In this document: in pieces, positions 49,928-60,640 of the stretch
Layout of the letters: the number at the start of each line of letters is the position of its first letter
Numbering within the stretch: position 1 is the first letter of the stretch
Assembly: GCF_963921235.1 (NCBI RefSeq)
Contig: NC_086100.1
Span: 168,518,001 to 168,582,000, forward strand
DNA length: 64,000 bases
Source: Mobula hypostoma
Taxonomy: Eukaryota
Reading direction: 5' to 3'
Notes under the pieces: generated by a model
Told to the model about the DNA's origin: nothing
The model's database searches: none
What the model saw: the letters and a program-made list of their open reading frames with translations, nothing else
Translations under genes and position numbers: made by a program

Positions 49928-51225
49928 GTCTTTTTCTTTTTCAATATTTTTATTGATTTCTTACAGAAAAGAATACAGTGTACAGGAGGGTATACATTAT
50001 ATATCAATTACAATATATTTAAATCACACTTATTATCTCATTACCCCATATTCATGTACGTTTGTAAATTAAATTGAATTGTAATATTGAAAAGTAATAA
50101 TTTTATTATACAAAAAAAATCTAAACCCACTACCAAGAAAAGCTGTTTAGTAAAGAAAGGAGAGTAAATCATGTAGCAAAACATTATTAGCCAACATCTG
50201 TACATAATAACAAATCAAAGATTTTGAAAATAATTCAAAAATGGTCCCCACAATGTTAGAAAGTCTTGTCTAGATTCAGAAATTGAACAACGAATCTTAT
50301 CTAAATTTAAGCAGGACATAACATCGCGTAACCAATGAGCATGAGTAGGCGGAGCGACATCCTTCCACTTAAACAACAGTGCCCTCCTCGCTATAAGAGA
50401 AATAAAAGCCAAAATGTGCAAATCAGGTGTCTCCAAGGTAATATCTTTTCCTCCAATTATACCAAATAAGGCAATCAAAGGGTTAAACATAGAAACATAG
50501 AAAATAGGTGCAGGGGTAGGTTGGAGCCTGCACCGCCATTGAGTAAGATAATGGCTGATCATCCAACTCAGAACTCTGTACCTGCCTTCTCTCCATACCC
50601 TCTGATCTCTTTAGCCACAAGGGTAACTCCCTCTTAAATATAGCCAATGGTTTTAAATTTAAATTTTAAATATAGTTAGGTTTTAAATTTATTCTGAAAA
50701 GTACAGAAAAAGTTTGGAATACTTCTTTCCAATATTTTTCAATACTCAGGCATGTCCAGAACATGTGAATTAGTGAAGCTTCTCCATTGTTACATCTGTC
50801 ACAATATCCGAATGAATATATCCGAATAAAAACGAGACAGCTTATCTTTAGTCATGTGGGCCCCTATGGACCACTTTAAATTGTAGGAGGGAATGACAGG
50901 CACGTAACGATGAGGTATTAACCAATTTAAAAATTCCATTCCAAGCTTCCTCAGAAATTGAAGTTCGTAAGTCTTGTTCCCAGAGATTTTTAATTGTGTC
51001 TAAAGGAGTGTTTCTCATTCCCAACAACATACCATAAATATTAGATATTGATCCATTATGAAAAGGTTTCACATTAAAAATTACATCTAATAAATTCTTA
51101 TCAGGACTTTTAGGAAATGTATGTAATTGAGATTGCAGAAAGTCTCTAATTTGTAAATATCGAAAAAAGTGGGTTTTTGGTAAGCTATATTTAGCTGACA
51201 ACTGCTCAAACGAAAAGAGACTTCA
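49928..51225 (-). mobile_element. L1-clade LINE 3' portion (ORF2 C-terminus + 3' UTR)
   Basis: FEQLSAKYSLPKTHFFRYLQIRDF, LLQFKVVHR, zinc-knuckle CDRC..ASLIHMFWTCP, ARRALLFKWK and LWGPFLNY; T-rich tail at ~49930. Confidence 0.9.
50486..50650 (-). mobile_element. Short CR1 3' end inserted in the L1
   Basis: AACATAGA octamer repeat tail and ATGGCTGATC...CCTGCCTTCTCTCCATACCC. Confidence 0.75.
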
Positions 51226-51632
51226 GCACCTTGTCAACAATATCTATTACATCTAGCAATTGCCTGTAGTTCCCTGCCTTGTGCCTTCCTCCTCTTCTGA
51301 ACAAGGGAGACATACTGTCTGTTTTCCCACCTTCCAGTTTATTCCCCTCCCGCCCCGACTTTAGCGAGTTATGAAAAATTTCATCCAAAGGCTCCACCAT
51401 CTCCACAACTGCTTTTGTTAAAGCCCAAATGTGCAGTCCATCAGGTTCTGGCAATTTGCCCGCCCTTGGCCGCTTGTTAGATTTGCCAATACTTTATCCC
51501 TTATCATTGCGAGTTTTATAAGTTCTACCATGTTATCTGAAATCAGCCTATCAGTTAGATTAGGGATATTAGCAAGTCTTCTGCGGCGAAGACCGATGCC
51601 AAAAATGTATTAATCATATCTGCCATTTTTGT
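51226..51632 (-). mobile_element. CR1 LINE internal fragment
   Basis: PEPDGLH, PLFRRGGR.KAGNYR and KMADMINTFLASVF motifs. Confidence 0.75.
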
Positions 51633-51635
51633 CCT

Positions 51636-51928
51636 CTGTTTATTTATTAATTTAGAGATAGAGTATGGAACAGGCCCTTCTGGGCCAACGAACCACACCG
51701 CCCAGCAACTCACTAACCTAATCACAGGACAATTTACAATGAACAATTAACCTACCAACCAGCCAGTCTTTGGAGTGTGGGAGGAAACCAGAGCATCCAG
51801 AGGAAACCCACAGGGCTACGGGGAGAACGTATAAACTCCTTACAGAACGCGTTGGAATTGAACTGCAGACTCTGACGCCCTGTGCTTTCATAGCACTGCG
51901 ATCACCACTACGCTACCATGGTGCCCCA
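51636..51928 (-). mobile_element. Full-length V-SINE (HE1-like)
   Basis: Minus strand: A box TAGCGTAGTGG, B box AGTTCAATTCC, V-domain GGGTTTCCTCTGGATGCTCTGGTTTCCTCCCAC, CR1-like tail GGCCCAGAAGGGCCTGTTCC, and TAAA repeats. Confidence 0.85.
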
Positions 51929-52774
51929 AGTACAAACAAGAGTAAGTACAAGTGATAGAAAACAGAAGCCCTAACACAGGTGGGTAGGATTAACATAGAT
52001 GGGTACAACAGATGGCACAGACATGAAGGCCTGTTTCTATGTTCGACAACTTTATGCCCCCCTTGTTTACAAACCCTTCTTGTGAATTTGCCCCCTCTTA
52101 GCTCTACGAACCCCTGCAGCTCTTCAATTCTTGCAGGTGTCTGTGTTCTTTACCATCCCGATTGCCATCTCCTCAACACAAGCAACTCTGCCCTTCACTG
52201 CCTAGCCCCAGTCCTGGGCTCCCCTTCCCAAACCCCTCTGCCCTTCTGATCTCATCCTTGGGACCTTGATTGGAGCCAGACCACAAACATTGACCCATAT
52301 CATCTCCCTCTGAGCAGGGACAGAGCAGCCTTTATAAGTACAGACACTCCTCAGTCATGTAAGAGTTCTGAGAACTTACAGTGACCTAAAGTTTTTCTAA
52401 GTCAGGAAGGTGCTGGCTGAAATCTGTTAAATACCCCAGTTGTATTGCTGGGTTAATTAGCTACAGGTTAGAATAGATCTTAGTTAATTTTCAATCCACT
52501 AACTAGTGTGGATCTGTAATAATATTCTAAGAATGCCAGACCATGGGAGTTGCTGGACAGAGAATGTTAGACCAGAGTTTAATTTTGTACACACATAATG
52601 TGCTGCTCAGCGACATGGAGACATGACCTGCTTCTCTAATTCTGCCTGAATCGGTAAATAACTCAAGGCATCTCCCCTCATAACAACCTGCTTAAAAACT
52701 ATTTCTGTATCTTGATACATCGCTCAGTTTCAATGCTGAGGACACTTGACTTGGGATGGTTTACATTGCTAATA

Positions 52775-53278
52775 TGTATTTTTCAATTGTGATCAGTTTT
52801 TGTCACCCTGCTTTCGGAAAGATATTATTAAATCGGAAAGAGCACAGAAAAAGGTTTTCAAAGTTATTTCCAGGACTCAAGAGCCGAGTTATAAGAAGAG
52901 ATTCGACAGGCTATGACTTTTTTCATTGAGGCATAAGAGACAGAGGTAATCTTGCAGAGGTGTATAAGATCATGAGGGTTCAGTCTTTTTCCCGGGGATG
53001 GCAGGGGTGGGGAAATCAAGAACTGAACAGCACAAGTTTAGGGTGAGGGGAGAGATATAATAGGATTTTGAGTGGCTGTCTTTTTACACATCCGTATATA
53101 CAATGGGCTGCCAGCGGAAGTGGTTGAGGCGAGCACACGCTTTTGAAAAGCGGCTGGGCAGGTTAGTGTATAGGAAAGGATTAGAAGGTTTATGGGCCAA
53201 ACGCTGGCAAATGAAGCTCAGATGGACATCTTGGTTGGCATTGACCAGAAGGGCATGCTACATGCTCTCTAACTCTAG
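52775..53278 (+). mobile_element. CR1 LINE 3' fragment
   Basis: CDQFLSPCFRKDIIK.ERAQK and RGNLAEVYKIMR motifs. Confidence 0.8.
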
Positions 53279-53349
53279 CAGCGTTGATATTGTGTCTTGG
53301 TTGCAGTTTAGGACCTTTACAGCAGGTGGTGCTAAAGTCCACAATATCC

Positions 53350-53600
53350 TCTTGTCTTAAACCTACTCCCTCTAGTTCTTGATTTTCTAACCCTAGTATA
53401 AAGACTGCGTGCTATCACCTGTCTACATCCCTCATGATTTTATACACCTCTACAAGATCGTTCATTCTCCTATGCTCCAATAAAACAACTGCAATCTGCT
53501 CAAACTCTCTCTGTAACTCAGTCCCTTGAGTTCTAGCAACATCCTCATAAATCTTTACATCCTTTCCAGCTTAGTGGCATCTGCCCTACAGTGGGGTAAC
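53350..53600 (-). mobile_element. CR1 LINE fragment
   Basis: CCCTCATGATTTTATACACCTCTACAAGATC is the reverse complement of DLVEVYKIMR. Confidence 0.75.
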
Positions 53601-53674
53601 AAATGTGTTCACTTCAGCGGGTGATAGGGTGCTGGCTTTTATATGAATGATCACATTAATTTCTGGTCACCGTG

Positions 53675-53790
53675 GGCTTCTGGGGCCAACATTTCTCTCT
53701 TAAACAACATTCCTAAAATAAAGATTATCTCTTCGTTCTCACAATGCTCATGGGATCTTGTTTAATGAAGACTAAATGTTTACACTGCTG
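53675..53790 (+). mobile_element. DeuSINE-like remnant
   Basis: GGCCAACATTTCTCTCTTAAACAACATTCCTAAAA..AGATTATCT....TCTCACAATGCT..TGGGATCTTG resembles the recalled Deu-domain; a similar end occurs at 32878-32915. Confidence 0.5.
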
Positions 53791-53978
53791 CAGTGGTAGA
53801 ACGTGAAGAAGTTCACCACTAGAGTTTTAACACATACTCTGTGGTATATCCTGGGGAAAGGTGCCTCAGGAATGAAGTGCTTCCTGCTGGTGAGTTGAAC
53901 CCACAGTGCTCCCTGAGGAGTTGTTGGCAGCAACAGAACTTCATTACCATGGCAACCCTTGGCCAGGTTTTACTTCAC

Positions 53979-54007
53979 CATCTCCTTGGCCCCACACTCT
54001 CTAATAT
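53979..54007 (-). CDS. Candidate micro-exon 4 (29 nt, phase 0-2; ILESVGPRR), or an alternative terminal exon with a stop at 53975-53977
   Basis: Strong acceptor CTAATAGAACTATCTTTACTCTCCAG| and weak donor ATG|GTGAAG. Confidence 0.35.
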
Positions 54008-54054
54008 CTGGAGAGTAAAGATAGTTCTATTAGACAACTGCTTATTCACTACAG

Positions 54055-54885
54055 CTCATACTTCAATACTATAATTTCAGCAAGCTCATCTTTGGACACC
54101 TGGGACTCAACACCCCGCTCTGACTCCTCACCAACAGACCTCAGTCGGTAAGGATAGACAGCAACGACTCCACCACAATTATCTTCAACACTGGTGCTCC
54201 ACAGGACTGATCACCAGCCCCCTACTCTACTCCATAGACTCTCATGACTATATGGCCAGAGTCTGCTCTCACTCCATCTACATTTCAAATAATGTTGAGT
54301 TGGAGTTTGGGAAAGTGGTGGCGAGCCCAGTAACGCGGTATCATGGCAACAACCCTTCACTCAATGATGACAAGGGAAAAGATCTGGTCATTGACTTCAT
54401 CGGGGGTGGAGGGGGGGGCAGAGCACATGCTCCTGTTTACATCCTGAGGTCGAAAGGGTTGAGGGCTTTAAGTTCCTTGGAGTGAACATCAGCAGCCTGT
54501 CCTAGTCCAATTTCATGGCAACCAAACCAAGAGAGTTCACCTGTGCCTCTACTTCCTCAAGAGGCTAAACTTTGGCATGTCCTCTTTGCCCCGCAACGTA
54601 GAAAGCATCCTAACCATGGCTAGGCAGGGCAAGTGTCTGAAACTGCAAGAAGCTGCAGAGAGTTGTGGACACATCACGCAAACCAGTCTCCCGTCCATGG
54701 CCTCCGTCCACACCTCTCACTGCCTTGGTAAAGCAGCCAACTTAATCAAAGGCTCCACACACCCCAGACAGTCTCCTTTCATCTTCGTCCCATCAAGCAA
54801 AAGACGCTAAAGCCTGAAATTGTGTACCACCAAGCTCAGTGGCAGCTCTGTCCGTTTGTCATGAGACCATTGAACAGTTCTCTGG
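54055..54885 (+). mobile_element. Rex1/Babar LINE RT/3' fragment
   Basis: NTGAPQG, SPLLYS, GNNPSL, SFLGVNI and LYFLKRL motifs across frames. Confidence 0.8.
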
Positions 54886-55039
54886 TTTCTGATAAACATA
54901 GAAATCTACAGAACATTACAGGCCCTTCAGCCCACAATGTTGTGCCGACCATGTAACCTACTCTAGAAACTGACTTGACCTGATTCTGTTGGGTGTATCT
55001 TTTGTTGATTCTATTGCGTTGAATCATCTGATCGCAACA

Positions 55040-55040
<1 letters not shown>

Positions 55041-55111
<71 letters not shown>

Positions 55112-55120
55112 GTGTATGTG
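55041..55120. repeat. (TG)n microsatellite grading into (TATG)n
   Basis: Seen directly in the sequence. Confidence 0.98.
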
Positions 55121-55260
55121 AGAGTAATTTACCAATTTACCTTTCTATCCTCCTTTAATTGGCAAGTTGTGGGTTGAGGTCATGGATTACTGGAGTCAGG
55201 GGTTTGCCCATGCGGTTGGTGGTGTTTGACCAACTCCCCTGGACTCTTTGAGGATCTTAC

Positions 55261-55354
55261 CTGGCTGTTTAAGAGCAGGTCGATAGGTCTGGTGTGAGGC
55301 AGCTGCTGAAGATTCCCCTGCAGGTTTTTGTGCCTCTTCATCTTAAGGTTGGAC
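55261..55354 (-). CDS. Candidate exon 3 (94 nt, phase 2-0): SNLKMKRHKNLQGNLQQLPHTRPIDLLLNSQ
   Basis: Acceptor TTCTCTTTGCTCTTCTGAAG| and consensus donor CAG|GTAAGA. The only open frame matches the phase left by exon 2. Confidence 0.6.
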
Positions 55355-55819
55355 CTTCAGAAGAGCAAAGAGAATGCACACAGTCATTGTGGCCAATCAG
55401 CAAAGCCCATCCATCCCATCCCTTCACTAGGTTCACCCATGTGATATCAACCCAGTCACAAGCACGGATTCAAAGCAGAAAATCCACGGATATGATCAGA
55501 GAATTTGATTGTGCTGGAGATCATTCAGCCCATTGGACTTGTGCTGGCCCTTTGCAAGAGTTCCGTAATCTGTTCCAATCCTCTCATCTCCACAGATAGG
55601 TAAACTTTCTTCTCCAGCTCTCTTGTGGAGGAGCCTGTTGAATCTGCTCCCTCCTTTCCCACGGTTCCTTCACCTGTTCCCATTGGTCACCTGCCCCCTG
55701 CCACAGAAACTCCCTCACATCTACTTTGTGAGAAAACTCATGCTATTTCATTTTGAACACCTGTAACAGAGCAGGTCTCACCCCAAGTGATTTCTTCCTC
55801 CCCCGCCCCCCCCCCCCGT

Positions 55820-57720
55820 AGCCCTGTATTTCTCATTTCTGCTGTAGATGATCAGACACCCTCTCACCACCCACAAGATGCTATCTATCTCCTCCATTAA
55901 TGACCAATCTATTCCCATGTCTGGAAACTTCCAAGGTGGAACTCCTGGCCAGGCCACCATTGGGTGATCCACAAATCCCCAGGACCATACTCCCACATGT
56001 ATTCCCTAGCTATCCGCCCAAAACATTTACCAACTCTGTTAGTATATTCCCAGCAATCCATTAAATCTGAATGTTCCCCCACCCTACCACAGAAGCCCAG
56101 CACGCAAGGCTCAATTTTCCTCTCCGCGGGACAAGAAGCATCTCACCTAGTTCAACCCCCAAGGCATCTTGAGGTGTGGTTTGGAATGCTCCACTTGAGA
56201 TTCTAAGTGCCGTGACCGGTAGGACATCCAACTTTTACAAAACTGAATGAGCTGCCTCCCCATAAGTCATACAACCATAGCCCAGACAAGAGTGCATTAA
56301 AGCTTGATAAATTGTCAACAGCATACCCCTAGAAGCTCCCCACTCATACCCAGCCACACACTGCAAAGCGTTAATGACCTGCTAACATTTATCCTCCAAA
56401 AACTTTATTTGTGTTCTCCAAGTCAACCTTGCATCCAGCCACAGCCATAATCCCAAATATTTAAACACGGGAACTCTAGACAGCGAACGCCCATACATGA
56501 ATGCTATCCAACCCATGTTTCTGAGTATAAACCATATAGTTTGACTTAGAAACAGAAAATTTTAAACCCCAGTTCAAAGATCATTCTTCCATTGCTGATA
56601 AAGCTGTCTACACAGACCTTTCCACATAGGCAGTATTACAACCCCTTTTCCACAGAGCCCCAGCATCAGCATATAAAGCCAATCCAAATCAATGCCCAAC
56701 ACCATCAAAATATCATTAATCATCAGGTTAAATAATATTGGACTAAACACTACCCTGGGGAGGGGGAGGGGTGGTCCTATTATCCACTGCAAACTCTGAT
56801 GACACGGCTTCACTCTAATCAACCAACCAAACAAAAAATCCAAAACCCAGTTGTAAAGCCTCCCACCAATACCAAGCTCAGTTAGTTTAGTCAAAAGCCC
56901 CTCCCCTCCATAGCATACCATAAACTTTTTCTATGTCCAGAAACACTGAAACTACTGATTCTCTTACAGTAAAAGCTTTCCGAATTTCATTTCTCAATTG
57001 CACGAGGGCATGATATGTAGATCTTCCTTTACGAAACCCACATTGGCAGGGGCAAAGTAACAGTCTCTTCTCCAAAACAAACATCAGCCTAATTACTATC
57101 ATTTTCTCCATTATTTTACACAGTGAAGAGGTGAGAGTATAAGGCTGTAGCTTCTTGGCAGTGTCAGATCATTCCTAGATCTAACAATAGGCAACACCAC
57201 AGTCCTTTTCCAATCTCAGGCAATTTCTTCAGGACTGCCTGGGGCAGATGCTGGAACTGATCACATCTTGTCCTGGGCCCTGTAGTACTTGCACTATTGA
57301 CAGCAATTTCAGGTAAGCCTACATAAATTCATCATCCATGGCTCTCTCAAATGTCTCGTTTCTCACAAATCCCATTCTTCATCAAAATACGTTGTTGTCT
57401 CTTAATATACTCATCCCCTACATTGTCTAGTCTACATAACTTTGTAAACGTGTTTCCCAGACATTCATCAAAGTTGCTGGTGAACGCAGCATCTGCAGAA
57501 TTCCTCGTGTTTGTGTCCCAGACATTCAGCCATTTCTTTACCCATTCTCCACTCACACTGGAACCTGGTTATAACATCTGACACCATTCATTTTCATCAG
57601 CATTCTCCACACCACTGTCCTGCCAGTTTCCCTCCCAACTGATGAGCAAAATCCCCTCCACAGCTCCAGCCAACATAGCTCTCCGAGTCATTGAGGTACG
57701 CAACCATATGACAAGGTTGT
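55820..57720 (-). mobile_element. Decayed I-superfamily (Nimb-like) non-LTR retrotransposon
   Basis: QCGFRKGRST, VSVFLDIEKVY.MLW, GLLTKL.ELGIGGRLYNWVLDFL, SPILFNLMINDI, YADA.ALW and FKYLG; it ends near a possible RNase H start. Confidence 0.7.
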
Positions 57721-58043
57721 GGTCCTTTTGGAGGATTTTACACAGAGAGTGCTTGATATCCGGAACTCTCTGCCAGATGAGGTGGTGTAATCGCTACATT
57801 TGAATTGGGAAGGAATATCAGGATGTGATCCTAACATAAACAAATAGGATGAGTCAAAAAGGTCGGGATGGACAAATGTGTTGTACATCTCTATAACTCT
57901 GTCACCTCCCTTCCTGTAAAACCTCCTGTAACACTTGTCAGCCCTTTGTTGCCAGTGCTGGATGCTTGCCACATTAACAGGACAGTTGAGATGTGTGGAT
58001 GCAGCTATTTCCGAGCATACAGTGGCCTTTCGCTTAGCCTTAC

Positions 58044-58369
58044 CAGAAGTTGGGTGGTCCCAAAGCTCCAGTCCACGGGCTCCCCGCTAGCTGCAGGGCA
58101 GAGGGGTGACCCTGGCTAATGGGAGGGACGATGACAACAGCCGATGGCTTTTGATAGTTGTTTGAGGTCTGTTCCTTGCCCAAACCTGGAGAGAAGAGTT
58201 TCTTTGTGTTCTGAATGCAGGGACTCGCACAGTAACCGGCGTTTTGACTTGGAGCATCCTGGGCTCTCTCCAGTGTGGCAACTTTCTCACAGACAGCTTC
58301 TGATGCTTTGATTCTGAGAGCTTTACTATCGGGTTTACCATCCCTGCTTTTTGGCTCTGCGTCTTCAAC
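58044..58369 (-). CDS. Candidate exon 2 (326 nt, phase 0-2): VEDAEPKSRDGKPD...GALGPPNFW
   Basis: Acceptor TGTTTCCTCTCCTTTCTGAAGCACAG| and donor CTG|GTAAGG; open frame throughout; non-repetitive sequence. Confidence 0.6.
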
Positions 58370-58589
58370 CTGTGCTTCAGAAAGGAGAGGAAACACCCTT
58401 GAGTTATCCTTCCTTAATTTACCAGAGGCAACAGTGTCCTGCCTCACACTCCACCACCCACACACACACACACTAATGTCCTGGCTGTATGCACCAGAAC
58501 TTGCTGGATCTCATGACCCAACACCACATGCCACCCTCTGCAGGACTAACAATGGTGCCAGACCCAAGCCAAGCTTAGAATGTTCACCA

Positions 58590-59535
58590 GAACGATGAGT
58601 CTGAACAAGGCAGGATAACTGCTGGAGCAACAAACACAATACTGTACCAGAGGAATTCAGTGGGTCAGGCAGCATCTGCAGAGGGAAATGGACATCAACA
58701 TTTCCGGTCAAGAGCTGTCCTCTGGACTATAAAGGAAAAGGTGAGAGAACCAGTTAAATGTGGGGGGAGGGGTGGCACAATTGCTGGCAGGTCATAGATG
58801 GACACAAGAGCTTTTACAGATGCTGGAAATCTTGAGCGACACATTCAAAATGCTGGAGGAACTCAGCATCTATGGAAGAAATGAACAATGTTTCAGGCTG
58901 GTCATCAGAAAGGGATTTGGCCCAAAATATTGGCTGTCTATTTCCCTGCATAGATGCTATCTGACCTGTTGAGTTCCTGTAGCATTTTGTGTGTAGCAGG
59001 TGATATATGGATCAAGGTGAGGGGGAGTGATAGGCAGTTGTGGGGGGGGGGGGGAATGACAAAGGCTGGTGATATGTGGTGCTGACAGAGGGAGATGGAT
59101 AATGGAATCCGATTGGACAGGCAGGTGAAGCATGGAATCGTGAGGGAGGAGGGATGACAGATAGGAACTTCAGGGCGGAGAGACCAACGGGAGGACCCAA
59201 TGTGTGGGTGGAAGAGGGGAGAGAAACAGGGTAACCGGGGCTGGGTGAGTGTAAAAAGAACAGCTTAATTCAGGAGGAGAGAAAAAAAGAGACAAGATGG
59301 GGAGCAATTTACCAGAAGCTGGAGAAATCAATGTTCTTGTAAGTTGTAGACTGCACAGGCAGAATATGTTTATTCGTGTTTAGCCTCACCTTTGCAGTGG
59401 AGGGGACCAAAGACAGGCAGTTTGAAGTGGGAATGGGGAAAGAATGAAAATGGATGGCCACAGAGATCTCCAGGTAGCCATCATGGACGGAATGGAAGTG
59501 ATCACTGAAATGGTCGCCAAGTTTGTGTTTAGTAA
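58590..59535 (-). mobile_element. Penelope-like element 3' end with a GIY-YIG endonuclease remnant
   Basis: ORF 59309-59599 'TKHKLGDHFSDHFHSV..ISVAIHFHS' resembles the PLE GIY-YIG C-terminus (TxRxLxxRFxEH..VAxHF). It runs through a pyrimidine-rich UTR into the same terminal repeat as 38563-38815. Confidence 0.7.
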
Positions 59536-59989
59536 ATGCTAGATCATGAACAGAAAGTAAAACAGAGGGCAATAAAGCTGAGATGCAGAAAAGTAACATT
59601 TTAATATTTAGTAATTAATCTGAAGACATTAGTACATTAATATTAGATGCTAGTGTTCAGGCAGCATTTGGAGCACCGTGTATAGTTTTGGTCACCCCCT
59701 TTATAGGATAGATGTGGTTCAAGTGGAAACAGTGCAGAAAAGTTTCAGGATTTTGAGCTAAAGACCCTGCATCTGTGTTGTATTGTTCTATGACAAGGCT
59801 CATTAGCGGCTGAAAGTAATCAGGCTCCAGGCTGCACTATTTTATACTCAGGGCATTCCATAAGCCTCACTAATGAGAAATGACAAATTAACAACAAGGT
59901 TTAGTTATATACTCTACATCAGCTGGTTTGTACGGCAACCGCGTAGGACTGCCCGTGGCCACCGAGTCTCTTCGCTGGGTCTGAGTTAC

Positions 59990-60125
59990 CTTTGAATCCA
60001 CCTCAAAATTCTTCTGGCTTTCCATCACTTCCTCCATATTCTTCTTGCCAGTTATTGATTTTTTTGGTATTGGAAGGTTACCTTTCCAGTCCTGCAGAGT
60101 GTGAGTCTCAAAGTCCTGCGTAAAT
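59990..60125 (-). CDS. Candidate exon 1 in the window (ends phase 0): FTQDFETHTLQDWKGNLPIPKKSITGKKNMEEVMESQKNFEVDSK
   Basis: Donor AAG|GTAACT is in frame with exon 2. The acceptor is ambiguous (60125, 60115 or 60091). Confidence 0.45.
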
Positions 60126-60424
60126 CTGGTCTCGGGCACAAGAGCAGAACAAGTGACTTTCCAAGAGTACCCTGAGAGCTGTCACCACAACAGTCTGTAA
60201 ATCCCAGACCCCTCCCCATTCCACACCTTCGTCCTCCCGTCATCTCCCCATCAGCTCCTATTGCCTTCTCCCAGTGATGTGATGCTGGACAAAGTCCCCA
60301 TCCGAGCTCCCAAGGCACCTCTTTGAAGATGAACAGATGCCGTTTTGCCAGTGGATGAAATAGCACAGAGGAGGTTCGCCAGGAAGTTGCCTGGACTGCA
60401 GGACTTTAGTTATTTTCATGATTT

Positions 60425-60640
60425 TGTTTTATTTAGAAGTACTGCATGGTAACAGGCCCTACCAACCCAGTGAGCCTGTGCCACCCAGTGACACCATGTG
60501 ACCAATTACCCCACTAACCCATAAATCTCTGGAAACTGGAGGAAACCCACGTGGTCACAAGGAGAACCTACAAACTTCTTACAGACAGCGGCTGAATTGA
60601 ACCTGGGTCACTGGCGCTGTAAAAGTGTTTCGCTAACCAA
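60425..60640 (-). mobile_element. V-SINE-like element
   Basis: Reverse-complement B box GGTTCAATTC; GGAGGAAACCCACGTGGTCACAAGGAGAAC; AACAGGCCCT tail. Confidence 0.8.

Noticed and set aside
52379..52461. Minus-strand exon ending in a GTAAGT donor
   Set aside because: There are stops in all three frames from either candidate acceptor, so at most it is a non-coding exon.
54338..54351. Second X-box-like motif (GTATCATGGCAAC)
   Set aside because: It lies in the WCxxNNL-coding segment of a Rex1 LINE fragment and is explained by the element sequence.
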